From an uncultured delta proteobacterium (lineage in GTDB: Bacteria > Myxococcota > Myxococcia > Myxococcales > Anaeromyxobacteraceae), in NCBI GenBank assembly GCA_963845515.1, contig CAWJSR010000026.1, forward strand, positions 32,001 through 96,000: DNA of 64,000 nt, in the 5' to 3' direction. The notes beneath the pieces are model-generated. The model saw only the letters and a program-made list of their open reading frames with translations. It was not told where the DNA came from and did not search any database. Positions 25,081 through 35,780 of the stretch are shown one piece after another. The stretch's first letter is position 1. The number at the start of each line of letters is the position of its first letter. Made by a program: the position numbers and the translations under genes.

Positions 25081-26763
25081 ATGCCGGCCGTGAGCCTGCT
25101 CCTAGCCGCCGGCGACCTCGCGCAGACCCCGCTGGCCGCCATCCTGCTGGAGGCGCTGAACACGCGCGCCACCGGCGTCCTCTCGGTCGCACACGGCGAC
25201 GGCACGTCGCGCGTCTACATCCGCGACGGCCGCCCCGCCGGGGCGCAGGTGGCCGTCGGCTTCCGCCCGCTCGGCCACATCCTGCTCCAGGCCGGCGTGA
25301 TCGACATCGACGTCCTCTCGCGCAGCCTCGCCCAGATGGCGGCGACACGCCGTCCCCAGGGGGAGATCCTCGTCGAGCTTGGCGCGCTGGGACGCGACGT
25401 GGTGGAGCGCTACCTCGCCGAGCAGCAGACCGGCTACGTGACGCTCATCGCCTCGCTCGAGAGTGGCGGCTTCCGCTTCGACCGGACGTCGGTCCCGGAC
25501 TGGACGCGGACCAGCCAGCTGCCGACCCTCCGGATCATCGTGGAGGCGATGGAGCGCCCGCAGGCGGGGGCGCTGGTGGCCTCGGCGCTCCAGGCGGTCG
25601 CGGCCGGGAGCGTCCGGCTAGCACCGGGCTACGCCGACGTCGCCTCCCACTTCCGCTGGTCCCCTGCGGAGCGCGCGCTCGTCGAGCGGATCTCCCGCCC
25701 GGCCCCGCTCGACAAGTTCTTCGCGCCGGGAGAGGTGGCGCCCGAGCGGACGCGCGCGATCATCGGCACGCTCCTCCTGCTCGGCCTCGCGGGCCCTCCC
25801 GGCGAGCAGCAGGACGCCCCCGCCGGACTGGAGCTCGAGCTCCCGGCGGCCACGCCAGCGCCTTCGCCCGTCCCGTCTCCATCACCGGCGGCGCCGGCAC
25901 GGCGGAGCGACCCGGCCGAGGCCAGGGCGCGCCGCCAGCGGCTCCTTCAACGCGCGATGCAGAACATGGGGATCGGGCCGTTCGCAGGGCGCCCGGCCGG
26001 CGGCGGACCAGCGCCGACCCCACCAGCCCCCGCCCCGGCCGAGAAGCCGGCGGCGAGCGCTCCGGCCGCGCCGGGCTCGGTGGAGGAGAGGCTTCGGCAG
26101 TCGCTCCTCGACGTGGCCCCCCGGGCCCGCGACCCGAACTTCTTCGTACGGCTGGGGCTCGACACGAGCGCCGGGCGGGACTCGGTGAAGAAGGCCTACC
26201 TGGACCTCGCCAAGCAGTTCCATCCCGACCGCTACGCGTCGCCCGCCCTCGAGGACGTGCGCGACCTGGTGCGCGACTTCTTCACCGCGGTGAACGAGGC
26301 CTACGAGACCCTCTCCGACGATCGGAAGCGGGCGGACTACCTGGGGACGCTGAAGGCGGTGGGCTCGGGCAACCCGGCCACGTCGATGGCGGCGGCCGGC
26401 GCCCAGATCGACTTCGAGAAGGGCGAGGCCTGCATCCGGACGCGCGACTTCGCCAAGGGGCGTGCATTCCTCGAGGCCGCCGTCCGCGCGCACCCGATCG
26501 CGAGGTTCCAGGCCGCGCTGGCGTGGGCGTACGTCGCCGATCCCACGACCAGGGACCGCGAGCGGGCTCGCGAGCTCATCGACCTGGCGAAGAAGGACCC
26601 GGCCTGCGACCGCGCCTGGTTCATCGCCGGCGTCCTCGCGCGTGACGAGGGCAACGACTTCGCCGCCGAGAAGTACTTCAACACCTGCCTCAAGGCGAAC
26701 CCGCGCCACGCCGACGCGGTGCGGGAGCTGCGCGCGATCGAGCTGAGGAGGAAGAAGCAGTAG
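25081..26763 (+). CDS. DUF4388-like + DnaJ (J-domain) + TPR protein
   Basis: N-terminal [23 protein letters not shown]-domain NFFVRLGL...[16 protein letters not shown]...[18 protein letters not shown]-terminal TPRs. Confidence 0.88.
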   Translation: MPAVSLLLAAGDLAQTPLAAILLEALNTRATGVLSVAHGDGTSRVYIRDGRPAGAQVAVGFRPLGHILLQAGVIDIDVLSRSLAQMAATRRPQGEILVELGALGRDVVERYLAEQQTGYVTLIASLESGGFRFDRTSVPDWTRTSQLPTLRIIVEAMERPQAGALVASALQAVAAGSVRLAPGYADVASHFRWSPAERALVERISRPAPLDKFFAPGEVAPERTRAIIGTLLLLGLAGPPGEQQDAPAGLELELPAATPAPSPVPSPSPAAPARRSDPAEARARRQRLLQRAMQNMGIGPFAGRPAGGGPAPTPPAPAPAEKPAASAPAAPGSVEERLRQSLLDVAPRARDPNFFVRLGLDTSAGRDSVKKAYLDLAKQFHPDRYASPALEDVRDLVRDFFTAVNEAYETLSDDRKRADYLGTLKAVGSGNPATSMAAAGAQIDFEKGEACIRTRDFAKGRAFLEAAVRAHPIARFQAALAWAYVADPTTRDRERARELIDLAKKDPACDRAWFIAGVLARDEGNDFAAEKYFNTCLKANPRHADAVRELRAIELRRKKQ

Positions 26764-26768
26764 GGCGA

Positions 26769-26811
26769 CCCACTCACCCTCCCCTCCTCCCCGGCGGCCC
26801 TCGGGAGAGGG
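26769..26811 (+). repeat. Degenerate copy of the CCCTCACCC...GGGAGAGGG palindromic repeat
   Basis: CCCACTCACCCTCCCCTCCTCCCCGGCGGCCCTCGGGAGAGGG immediately after the J-domain gene stop. Confidence 0.45.
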
Positions 26812-26903
26812 TCATCCGTGAACGGCCACCATCCTTGACTCGCCCCCGGTTCTGGGGCGTGATCCGCTCGCGCGGCCCCCAAAAGCCGCGGAAAGGCGAC
26901 ATC

Positions 26904-29166
26904 TTGGCGAAGCAGCACCTGCTCCTCGTCGACGCGGATCCCAAGTCACTGCGAGTGATGGAGGTCAGCCTGAAGAAGGCGGGCTTCACCGTCACCAGCG
27001 CGGTCAATGGGCGCGACGCGCTGGAGAAGTGCGCCATCTCCCTCCCGGACCTCATCCTCTCCGACACCAAGATGCCGGAGATGGACGGCTTCGACCTCTG
27101 CCGCCGGCTGAAGCAGGACGATCGCTTCAAGGCGACGCCCTTCATCTTCCTGACCGGCCAGAAGTCGGTCGAGTACAAGGTGAAGGGGCTGGAGCTTGGC
27201 GTCGACGACTACCTGACGAAGCCGATCTACATCAAGGAGATCGTCACCCGCGTCAACGTCCTCCTGAAGAAGAAGGAGAAGGAGCGGTCGGAGAAGCGCG
27301 ACCTCAAGGCGAGCTTCTCCGGCAACCTCTCCGACATGAGCGTCGTGGACCTCGTCCAGACGCTCGAGATGGGCAAGAAGTCCGGCGCCCTGCACATCAA
27401 GAACCAGAAGGGGATGGAGGCGGTCGGCTACTTCCGCGACGGGCGGATCGTCGACTGCGCGCTCGGCGAGAAGCTGGTGGGCGAGACGGCCTTCTACCGG
27501 CTCCTCAACTGGCAGGACGGCGAGTTCGCGATCGAGTTCAAGCCCATCGAGCGCGAGGAGCGGATCAAGACCTCGACGCAGGGGCTGCTCATGGAGGGCA
27601 TGCGCCGGATCGACGAGTGGGGGCGGATCGTCGAGCAGCTCCCCGCGCTCGACAGGGTCTTCGTCATCGACTACGCGCTGCTCACCGAGCGGCTCGCGGA
27701 GATCCCGGACGACGTCAACGTCCTGCTCAAGCTCTTCGACGGCCGCCGGACGCTCGACCAGGTCGTCGAGGAGGCCGACTACGACGACCTCGCGGCGGCC
27801 GGCGTGCTCTCCAAGCTCTTCTTCGAGGGGATCATCAAGGAGGCTCCCGGCCAGGGTCAGCCGCACGCGGCCTCACCCGGGTTCGCGCCCACCCCGCCCG
27901 CGGCGTTCGCCGAGCCGACGCCGGAGCCGGAGGGAGTCGACTGGTTCGCCGGACCGGTCGCCGAGCGCTTCGGCGAGGCGCCGGACGCGATCCACGATGA
28001 GCAGGAGACCCCGAAGGTCATCCGCTTCCCGACTCAGCGACGGGACCGCGACGAGGAGGAGGCCGCGCCGCCCCTCGCTCCGCCGCTCGCGGCGGTCCCC
28101 CCGCCGCCGCCCGCACCGGTCGCGTACGCGCCGGCACCGCCCCCAGCCGCGTTCGCGCCTCCGCCGCCACCGGCCGCGTTTGCGCCGGCGCCTGCGCCGC
28201 CCCCGGCCGCGTTCGCGGCTGCGCCGCCACCGGCGGCGTACGCGCCGCAGCCGCTCCAGGAGCGCCAGACCGGCCAGTTCTCGCTTCAGGTTCCGCCGCC
28301 TGGGAGCGTGCCGCTCCCTGCATCGATCGGTGGGACCTTGTCGTCGCCTGGCATGCCGGCGGTCGAAGCCCCTGCACCCCGCAGGACGGGCGCCGGCATC
28401 CCCGCTGTCGAGCCACCGGCCCCCCGAAAGCAGACGGGCGCACAGATACCGGCGGTGGAGCCGCAGCCGCCCAGGGCGGCTCCCGCGCCGTCGAAGTCGA
28501 AGGCACCTCTGGTGATGGGCGCCATCCTGCTCCTGGGCGCGGCCGGCGCCGCGGCCTTCTTCTCGCTCGGTCGCAAGGGCCCTCCGCCTGCCCCCGCGAC
28601 GGCACCTGCACCCGCGCCATCGGCCGGCGGCGCCATCGGGGATCAGGCTCCCCCCGCGGCCTCGCCCACGGTCGAGCCCGCGCGCGGCCCCCGCCGTGCC
28701 ACCAACCCCTCCGCCCGAGCCTGCTGCCGCCGCCCCGGTCACTCGGCCGGCCCCGGTCGCGAAGGCTCCGCCGGCGGCCCCGAAGCCCCCGCCGGAGCGG
28801 GACACGGACGACGAGCAGGCCCGGCTCCTGGCAGTCGCCGAGCGCAAGTACAACGGCGGAAACTTCCTCGCGGCCATCGCCGACTACCGCAGGGCGGCCT
28901 CGATCCAGCCGAGCGCGCCGGCCCACGTCGGCCTCGCCCGGGCGCTGTACGACGCCAACAAGGTGACCGAGGCGCTCTCGGAGCTGAAGGTGGCCACCCG
29001 CGTGAACTCCAGGTACGCGCCCGCCTACCTCCTGCTCGGGGAGATACACCAGGGCGAGGGACGAACCACCGAGGCCCGCGCCGCCTACCAGACCTTCCTC
29101 TCCCTCTCTCCGACCGGGGAGCAGGCGAGGGCAGTGCGCGAGATCATCGCGAAGCAGCTGAAGTGA
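26904..29166 (+). CDS. Response regulator: receiver + DUF4388 + Pro-rich region + TM + periplasmic TPR (probably PglH-like); one-base frameshift at ~28682
   Basis: TTG start after GAAAGG; receiver LLLVDAD...[12 protein letters not shown]...DYLTKP; DUF4388 [46 protein letters not shown]. The TPR C-terminus is ORF 28696..29166 in another frame. The PglH identity is recalled synteny (J-domain gene upstream, tsaD downstream). Confidence 0.82.
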
Positions 29167-30164
29167 GAGTCCTCGGGATCGAGTCGAGCTGCGACGAGAC
29201 CGCCGCCGCCGTCGTCGAGGACGGCCGGCGCGCGCTGGCCGACGTGATCTCGACGCAGATCGACATCCATCGGCGCTGGGGCGGCGTCGTGCCCGAGCTG
29301 GCGAGCCGCAACCACGTCGTCCAGGTGATGCCGGTCGTGGACGAGGCGCTGCTGCGGTCCGGAGTGGCGCCGGCAGAGCTCGACGCGATCGCCGTCACCT
29401 CCGGCCCCGGCCTCGTCGGAGCCCTGCTCGTCGGCGTCCAGGCGGCCAAGGGGCTCGCCGCCGCGTGGGGCAAGCCGCTCGTCCGCGTGAACCACCTCGA
29501 GGGGCACCTCGTCGCCGCGTTCCTCTCCGAGCGCCCGCCCACCTTCCCTTTTCTCGGGCTGGTCGTCTCCGGCGGCCACACCTCGCTCTACGCCGCCCGC
29601 GGCTTCGGCGACTACGAGCGGCTCGGCGCCACGCGCGACGACGCCGCGGGGGAGGCCTTCGACAAGGGGGCGAAGCTCCTCGGTCTCCCCTACCCCGGCG
29701 GGGTCGCGATCGATCGCCTCGCCAGGGAAGGGGACGCGAAGGCGATCCGCTTCCCGAAGGCGATCGTGAAGGGCTCCGACCTCGACTTCAGCTTCTCGGG
29801 GCTCAAGACGGCCCTCCTCCACCACGTGCGGAAGCACGGCGTCCCGGAGGGGAGCGCCCTCTCCGACCTCTGCGCGAGCTACCAGGAGGCGATCGTCGGC
29901 GCGCTCGTCCAGAAGGCGTTCCGCGCGGCCCGCCGGCTCCAGCTCCCGCGCCTCGTCCTCTCCGGCGGCGTCGCAGCCAACAGCAGGCTCCGCGCCGCCT
30001 TCGTCGCCGAGGCCGCGACCTACGACGGCGTCGAGGTCTTCCTCCCGCCACCGCGACTCTGCACGGACAACGCTGCGATGATCGCCGTCGCCGGGACCGA
30101 GGCCTTCCGCCGCGGAGAGCGGGCCGCCCTCGACCTCAACGCCGACCCGGCCTGGCGGATCTGA
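29163..30164 (+). CDS. tsaD: tRNA threonylcarbamoyladenosine biosynthesis protein TsaD
   Basis: GTG start [56 protein letters not shown]. Confidence 0.97.
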   Translation: MRVLGIESSCDETAAAVVEDGRRALADVISTQIDIHRRWGGVVPELASRNHVVQVMPVVDEALLRSGVAPAELDAIAVTSGPGLVGALLVGVQAAKGLAAAWGKPLVRVNHLEGHLVAAFLSERPPTFPFLGLVVSGGHTSLYAARGFGDYERLGATRDDAAGEAFDKGAKLLGLPYPGGVAIDRLAREGDAKAIRFPKAIVKGSDLDFSFSGLKTALLHHVRKHGVPEGSALSDLCASYQEAIVGALVQKAFRAARRLQLPRLVLSGGVAANSRLRAAFVAEAATYDGVEVFLPPPRLCTDNAAMIAVAGTEAFRRGERAALDLNADPAWRI

Positions 30165-30165
30165 G

Positions 30166-31053
30166 ATGCGCTACCCGACCCCGAAGGCCCTCCTCGAGAA
30201 GTACGGGCTGCGCGCCAAGAAGAGCTGGGGACAGAACTTCCTCGGCGACGAGGAGATCCTCGACCACATCGCGAAGCTGGCGGCGCCCCGCCCGGGCGAG
30301 CGGGTGGTCGAGCTCGGGGCGGGGCTCGGCCACCTGACCGAGCGCCTCCTCGCGCACGGCGCGACGGTCGTGGCGGTGGAGCGCGACCGCGACATGGCCC
30401 GCGTCCTCCGGGGCGAGCTCGGGAGCCGGATCGACCTGCGCGAAGCGGACGCCGCCAGGCTCGACGTCGCGTCCCTCGCGCGCGACGCGGACACCGGCCG
30501 CATCACGGTGGTGGGCAACCTCCCCTACCACCTGACGAGCCCGATCCTCTTCTCGCTCATCGACCAGGCGCCGCACGTCGCGCGCGCCGTCTTCCTGCTC
30601 CAGCGCGAGGTGGCGGAGCGGCTGGTGGCGCCGGCCGGGGACCGCGAGGGCGGCCTCCTCTCCATCCTGCTGCAGCGCGAGGCCGACGTCTCGATCGAGC
30701 GGATCGTGCCGCCCGGCGCGTTCCTGCCGCCGCCCAAGGTGCACAGCGCGGTCCTCTGCGCCCTCTTCCGCCCGCCGGCCGACGCGGTGGTCGACCCGGC
30801 CCGCTTCCGGAGGCTCGTGAAGGCCGGCTTCGCGCAGCGCCGGAAGACGCTCGGCAAGGCGCTCGGCGCGGCGAAGCTCGCCTCCGCGACCGAGATCGCC
30901 GAGGCGCTCGCGACCGCCGGGATCGACCCCAGGCGGCGCGGCGAGACGCTGAACCTCGCCGAGTGGGCGGCGCTGGAGCGTGCGCTGCCGCCGGTCTCCC
31001 GACCCGAACCCCACGAGTCATCCTCCCTCTCCCCCACCGGGGGAGAGGGTTAG
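30166..31053 (+). CDS. rsmA: 16S rRNA dimethyladenosine transferase RsmA/KsgA
   Basis: KKSWGQNFL; VELGAGLGHLT; GNLPY; LQREVAERL; FLPPPKVHS; FAQRRKTL. Confidence 0.96.
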   Translation: MRYPTPKALLEKYGLRAKKSWGQNFLGDEEILDHIAKLAAPRPGERVVELGAGLGHLTERLLAHGATVVAVERDRDMARVLRGELGSRIDLREADAARLDVASLARDADTGRITVVGNLPYHLTSPILFSLIDQAPHVARAVFLLQREVAERLVAPAGDREGGLLSILLQREADVSIERIVPPGAFLPPPKVHSAVLCALFRPPADAVVDPARFRRLVKAGFAQRRKTLGKALGAAKLASATEIAEALATAGIDPRRRGETLNLAEWAALERALPPVSRPEPHESSSLSPTGGEG

Positions 31054-31063
31054 GGTGAGGGGG
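31021..31063 (-). repeat. ~40-bp palindromic repeat (BoxC/REP-like)
   Basis: Minus strand CCCCTCACCCTAACCCTCTCCCCCGGTGGGGGAGAGGGAGGA; overlaps the 3' ends of both rsmA and the histidine kinase. Confidence 0.8.
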
Positions 31064-32513
31064 CGACCGACCCGCCAGCGGCCACCGCCGGCGTGGGGAG
31101 CCAGAGCGTGGCGACGGTCCCGCCGGACATCGGGAAGTCGAACTCGAGCGCGCCGTGGTTCCGATCGGCGATCGTCCGCGCGACCGTGAGGCCGAGGCCG
31201 GTCCCCTGCCCCGATGGCTTGGTGCTGAAGAAGGGCTCGAAGATCCTCTCGCGGAGCTCCTTCGGGATCCCGGGACCGTCGTCCTCGACCGCGATGCCGC
31301 GGAGCGGCCCGCGCCGCTTGAGCCGCAGGCGCAGGTGGCCGTAGTCCTTCGAGACGAACGCGGCGTTGAGCAGCAGGTTGAGGAGCGCCTGCCCGACCTC
31401 CCTGCGGTCCGCCAGGACGGGGGCGTCGTCGAAGCCGGGCTCGGCGACCTGATCTATGACGATCCCGCGCCGCTTCAGGGACATCGTCGCGAGCCCCGCC
31501 GACTCCCGTGCCAGCTCGGCCGCGGAGACCGGCGCGACCTCCACCGGCCGGGTCCGGCCGAAGTCCAGGAGGCGGTGCACCACGCCCTCTATCTGGTCGA
31601 GCGCCTTCTCCATCATGTCGAGGTCGGCCTTGCGCGCTGCCGGATCGTTCACGTCCTCGCGCAGGATCGCGACGACGCCCTTGAGCGACGCGAGCGGATT
31701 GTTCACCTCGTGCGCCACGCCCGCCACGAGCGAGCCCAGCGTGGCGAGCCGCTCGCTGGCGAGCGCCTTCACCCGGACCCGCTCCTGCTCCTCGTGCGCT
31801 GCGCGGAGACGGGCGGTCATGCCGTTGAAGCGCCGGGCGAGGGCAGCGATCTCGCGACCGCCGCGGGGGTGGACCGGATCGCCCGGCACGGCGGGATCGA
31901 ACCGGTCGGCCGCCTCGATGATCTCCTCTATCGGGCGGGTCGTCCGGAGTCCGACGGCGAGCGCCAGGGCGATCGAGACGAGCATCGCAGAGAGGGCGAC
32001 GATCCAGAGCGGCCCCGCTATGGCGCGCCGGGTCGTCTGGAGGACCGCCATGTCGATCCCGAGCCGGACCGCGCCGGCGCGACCGCCCATGATCGGCTCC
32101 GCGATGTCGAGGGAGCGGCGCTCGCCGTCGACGGCCACGATCGGCCCCGACACCCCCGAGCGCCGCAGGGGCAGCAGCCGCAGCGCCTCGCCGTCCGGGA
32201 GCGAGCTCGCGAGCACCTCGCCGTCGCGCGCGATGAAGCAGTAGGCGATCCCCTCGCTCCGCGCGGTCCTGACCACCAGCTCGTCCAGCGTGACCGTGTC
32301 GTTCGTGAGGATCGCGTCGGCCGCCTGCGAGGCGACCAGCCGCGCGACGGCGCCACCGAGCGCCGCCTGCTCGCGGGCGAGCGCGCCGCTCGCGACACGG
32401 TTGCCCACGGCGAGGTGGACCGCGTGGGTCGCGACGACGGCGACGGCGCCGAAGGCCGCGAGCTTGACCCAGAGCCGCACGCCCCGGGACTCGGCAGGCC
32501 ACGCCGCGCTCAC
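31050..32513 (-). CDS. Membrane sensor histidine kinase (HAMP, HisKA, HATPase; NtrB-like)
   Basis: GTG at 32513 overlaps the upstream stop; two TMs; HAMP; H-box GVAHEVNNPL; N-box QALLNLLLNA; VEDDGPGI; FEPFFSTK; GTGLGL. Confidence 0.93.
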   Translation of the reverse strand: MSAAWPAESRGVRLWVKLAAFGAVAVVATHAVHLAVGNRVASGALAREQAALGGAVARLVASQAADAILTNDTVTLDELVVRTARSEGIAYCFIARDGEVLASSLPDGEALRLLPLRRSGVSGPIVAVDGERRSLDIAEPIMGGRAGAVRLGIDMAVLQTTRRAIAGPLWIVALSAMLVSIALALAVGLRTTRPIEEIIEAADRFDPAVPGDPVHPRGGREIAALARRFNGMTARLRAAHEEQERVRVKALASERLATLGSLVAGVAHEVNNPLASLKGVVAILREDVNDPAARKADLDMMEKALDQIEGVVHRLLDFGRTRPVEVAPVSAAELARESAGLATMSLKRRGIVIDQVAEPGFDDAPVLADRREVGQALLNLLLNAAFVSKDYGHLRLRLKRRGPLRGIAVEDDGPGIPKELRERIFEPFFSTKPSGQGTGLGLTVARTIADRNHGALEFDFPMSGGTVATLWLPTPAVAAGGSVAPSP

Positions 32514-33454
32514 CAGGTCGCCTCCATCACGGCGCGCGCGCCGTCGTAGTGGGTCCTGGGCACCCTGGCGAACCCCTGCAGCCCCATCGCCTCCAGCGCC
32601 TTCGCCCCCTCGGGATCGCTGGCGAGCGACAGCAGCGCCTCGCGGATCGCCTCGCGCCTCGCGTGCGGAAGCGCGGTGGAGACGACGACCGGCGGGGAGC
32701 CGAACGGCGGGGAGACGTCGATGACCCTCACCGCCTTCCTCAGCTCCGGTCGCCCCTTCGCCATCTCCTCGAAGATCAGGCTGTCGACGCACGCACCGTC
32801 CACCACCCCCTTCGCGACCGCCTCGACCGACCGGTCGTGGCTGCGGGTGAGCTGGATGCTGGAGAAGAAGGTGGCCTGGTCGGCCTCGTGCCGCCTCAGC
32901 CAGTAGACCGCGTAGGCGCGCCCAGTGAGGGAGAGCTCGTCGGTGAAGGCGAACCTCTTGCCGGCGAGATCGGCGAGCGACCTGGCGCGGCTCGCCGCCG
33001 GGACGATCACGTAGGAGCTGTAGGTGGTGACGCCGCCGACTATCGGCACCGCGACGAGCTCCACCTTCTCAGGGGCGCGGTGCTCGAGCTCGAGGAACCC
33101 GCCGGTGCAGATCATGGCCGCGTCGACCTGGCCGGCGACGAGGAGGTCGTTCACCTCGCGGTAGGTCTTCCGCTGGACGAACTCGATCTCGACCCCGAGC
33201 CGCTTCGCGATGAGCTCGAACGCATGCGAGTAGGACTCGAAGGTGTCCTGGGGCGACAGCATCGCGGCGACCGAGAAGCGCAGCTTGCCGGGCTGGGCTG
33301 GCTTCGCGGTGGTGGCCTGGACGGCGCTTGCGACTGGAGCCCGTGCCGCCGGCTCGACGCGCGCCTCGGGGTATGGGCTCGACGGGCAGGCCGCGAGAGC
33401 CGGCGCGAGCAGCACGGACACGGCGAGCAGCGAGCAGCGCGACAGCGCGGACAT
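32510..33454 (-). CDS. PhnD-family (phosphate/phosphonate-type) substrate-binding lipoprotein, AioX-like
   Basis: Lipobox ALAAC; EFVQRKTYREVNDLL..GQVDAAMICTGG; DLAGKRFAFTDELSLTG; SHDRSVEAVAKGVVDGACVDSL; SPPFGSPPVVV. Confidence 0.85.
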   Translation of the reverse strand: MSALSRCSLLAVSVLLAPALAACPSSPYPEARVEPAARAPVASAVQATTAKPAQPGKLRFSVAAMLSPQDTFESYSHAFELIAKRLGVEIEFVQRKTYREVNDLLVAGQVDAAMICTGGFLELEHRAPEKVELVAVPIVGGVTTYSSYVIVPAASRARSLADLAGKRFAFTDELSLTGRAYAVYWLRRHEADQATFFSSIQLTRSHDRSVEAVAKGVVDGACVDSLIFEEMAKGRPELRKAVRVIDVSPPFGSPPVVVSTALPHARREAIREALLSLASDPEGAKALEAMGLQGFARVPRTHYDGARAVMEATW

Positions 33455-33635
33455 GGCGACCTCGTGACAACGTCCAGTGTCAGCCTACTTCATCGCGGAA
33501 GGTAGGCCTCGACCGAGTGTCACGATTGCTGGACTGTGACGGTCCGCCGCGGCACTTGCCTGCAACTCCGAGAGGCGCCCGCCCGCAATCCCTCGCCCCG
33601 CCCAACCCACCAGTCGGACGGGCGCCCTCGAACCC

Positions 33636-33902
33636 TCAGAACCCGTCGTGCGGCCGCACCCTCGCGCTCGCGAGCAGCAGCCCCATCCCGCGGGCGCCGT
33701 TCTCGCCCAGGTAGCGGCGGAAGGCGTGACCGTCGAGGCGCATCCGCTGGATCGTCTCGGCGACCACCTCGTCGTAGTCACGGGCGTTCGGCTTCCGGAG
33801 CTCTATGGCGATCTTGAGGATCGCGCGCTGGAAGGCGGGGTCGATCCCCCCGTCCTCAGTCGCCTCGATCACCGTAGTCGCGGTCTTTCGTCCGGCTGCC
33901 AT
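33636..33902 (-). CDS. Hypothetical 88-aa protein
   Basis: ATG 33902 with a GGAGGA RBS; MAAGRKTATTVIEATEDGGIDPAFQRAILKIAIELRK... Confidence 0.55.
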   Translation of the reverse strand: MAAGRKTATTVIEATEDGGIDPAFQRAILKIAIELRKPNARDYDEVVAETIQRMRLDGHAFRRYLGENGARGMGLLLASARVRPHDGF

Positions 33903-33980
33903 CCGCTTCCTCCCGTCCCCGACCTTCTCCAGGAAACGGGGCGACGATACGTGACCAGCCATGTCCCGTCAATCAAACTG

Positions 33981-33994
33981 TGATCCATGGATCA
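33981..33994. promoter_or_regulatory. Perfect 14-bp palindrome in a divergent intergenic region; candidate regulator site
   Basis: TGATCCATGGATCA between the 88-aa gene and the deoxynucleoside kinase gene. Confidence 0.35.
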
Positions 33995-34138
33995 TGGCAG
34001 CCACGATCCAGTTGTCATGGTTCGCACCCAGAAGCCCTCCGCGACCAGCTTGCCCGGACGGCGCCGGGCGCGCCTGACGCCACAGGGCTCGTTTACTTGC
34101 GCACCGTCGCGTGGCAATCTCACGCGCTCTCCTTGGTC

Positions 34139-34789
34139 ATGCACACCGAGCGGCCCCGCTACATCGCGGTCGAAGGTCCCATCGGGGTCGGCAAGACCAC
34201 GCTCGCGCAGCTACTTGCGGAGCGGCTGGGCGGCCGCCTCATCACCGACGCGGTCGAGGAGAACCCCTTCCTCGCGGACTTCAACGGCGACAGGCGCAAG
34301 CACGCCTTCCAGACACAGCTCTTCTTCCTGCTGTCGCGCTTCCAGCAGCAGCAGGCGCTCTTCCAGCAGGACCTCTTCAGCCAGTCGACCGTCTCCGACT
34401 ACCTCTTCTCGAAGGATCGGATCTTCGCGGCCCACGCGCTCGCTCCCAACGAGCTCGGCCTCTACGAGCGGCTCTACGAGCTGCTGGGGCCACGGGTGGT
34501 GAAGCCCGACCTGGTCATCTACCTGCAGGCCCGGCACGAGGTGCTGCTGCAGCGGATCCGGCGGCGCGGCCGCGAGTTCGAGCGCCACGTCGACTCGGCG
34601 TGGATCGAGAGCCTGGCCAAGGCCTACAGCGACTTCTTCTTCCACTACGACGAGACGCCCCTCCTCGTGGTCAACGCCAGCGACATAGACCTCGAGCGCA
34701 ACCCGGAGGACGTCGAGACGCTCCTCGGCGTCATCCGCCGCCACCGCAAGGGCACCCAGCACTACGTTCCGCTGGGGACCCGAACCTGA
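34139..34789 (+). CDS. Deoxynucleoside kinase (Dck/Dgk family)
   Basis: YIAVEGPIGVGKTT; ENPFL; AFQTQLFFLLSR; KPDLVIYL; RIRRRGREFE. Confidence 0.92.
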   Translation: MHTERPRYIAVEGPIGVGKTTLAQLLAERLGGRLITDAVEENPFLADFNGDRRKHAFQTQLFFLLSRFQQQQALFQQDLFSQSTVSDYLFSKDRIFAAHALAPNELGLYERLYELLGPRVVKPDLVIYLQARHEVLLQRIRRRGREFERHVDSAWIESLAKAYSDFFFHYDETPLLVVNASDIDLERNPEDVETLLGVIRRHRKGTQHYVPLGTRT

Positions 34790-34852
34790 TAGATTCTCAT
34801 CCTTCTCCAACGGGCGGGACCCCGTCGCGGGGCCTACACCGGAGGAAGTCGA

Positions 34853-35767
34853 ATGTCCGTTCAGACCGCGCCTCGACGACACGTAACGATCCACGAGCTG
34901 AAGCGGATGAAGGCCGCGGCGGAGCCCATCGCCGTCGTCACCGCTTACGACGCCACCGCGGCGCGGCTGGTCGCGAACGCCGGCGTCGACGTCGTCCTGG
35001 TGGGCGACTCGGTGGGCATGGCGGTGCTCGGGTACGAGTCGACGCTCCCCGTCACCCTCGACCAGATGGTCTACCACTCGGCCGCCGTGCGCCGCGGGCT
35101 CGCCCGGGCGGGCGGCCACCCCCACCTCGTCTCCGACATGCCGTTCGGGAGCTACCAGGCGAGCGTGGACGACGCGGTGCGCGCGGCGATGCGGCTCGTC
35201 GCCGAGGGTGGCGCCGAGTCCGTGAAGCTCGAGGGGGGCCAGGACTACGTCCCGGTGATCCAGCGCATCGTCCGCGCCGGCGTCCCGGTCATGGGCCACA
35301 TCGGCCTCACGCCGCAGTCGGTCCACAAGATGGGCGGCTACGTGGTGCAGGGCAAGGACACCGAGAAGGCGCAGCAGCTCCTCCGCGACGCGCGCGCGCT
35401 GGAGGCGGCGGGCTGCTACGCCGTCACCCTCGAGTGCATCCCCACCGAGCTCGCCCGGATCATCAGCGGCCAGCTCTCCATCCCGACCATCGGGATCGGG
35501 GCGGGCCCGCACTGCGACGGGCAGGTGCTCGTCCTCAACGACCTCCTCGGGATGGACGACGCCTTCGTCCCCAAGTTCGTGAAGCGCTTCGCCGAGATCG
35601 GCCAGGCGGTCACCGGCGCGGTCGGCGGCTACGTGGCGGAGGTGAAGGCCCGCAGCTTCCCGGACGACGCCCACGCCTACCACTCCTCCGCGGTCCGGCT
35701 CGTGCCGGTGGCAGACGAGCAGGAAGAGCATCACGACGAGGCCGCCGCGTTCGGCGCCCCGGTGTAG
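34853..35767 (+). CDS. panB: 3-methyl-2-oxobutanoate hydroxymethyltransferase
   Basis: [42 protein letters not shown]. Confidence 0.97.
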   Translation: MSVQTAPRRHVTIHELKRMKAAAEPIAVVTAYDATAARLVANAGVDVVLVGDSVGMAVLGYESTLPVTLDQMVYHSAAVRRGLARAGGHPHLVSDMPFGSYQASVDDAVRAAMRLVAEGGAESVKLEGGQDYVPVIQRIVRAGVPVMGHIGLTPQSVHKMGGYVVQGKDTEKAQQLLRDARALEAAGCYAVTLECIPTELARIISGQLSIPTIGIGAGPHCDGQVLVLNDLLGMDDAFVPKFVKRFAEIGQAVTGAVGGYVAEVKARSFPDDAHAYHSSAVRLVPVADEQEEHHDEAAAFGAPV

Positions 35768-35780
35768 ACTCGCCGGCGTC

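Noticed and set aside
23144..25348. 734-aa ORF apparently fusing PP2C, methyltransferase and lipoprotein pieces
   Set aside because: Read-through of stop-poor GC-rich frames plus two frameshifts; it resolves into three separate genes.
26835..30164. Apparent 1109-aa response regulator-TsaD fusion in the ORF track
   Set aside because: Artefact of the +1 frameshift at ~28682. The regulator's real TPR C-terminus is ORF 28696..29166, and tsaD has its own GTG at 29163 overlapping that stop.
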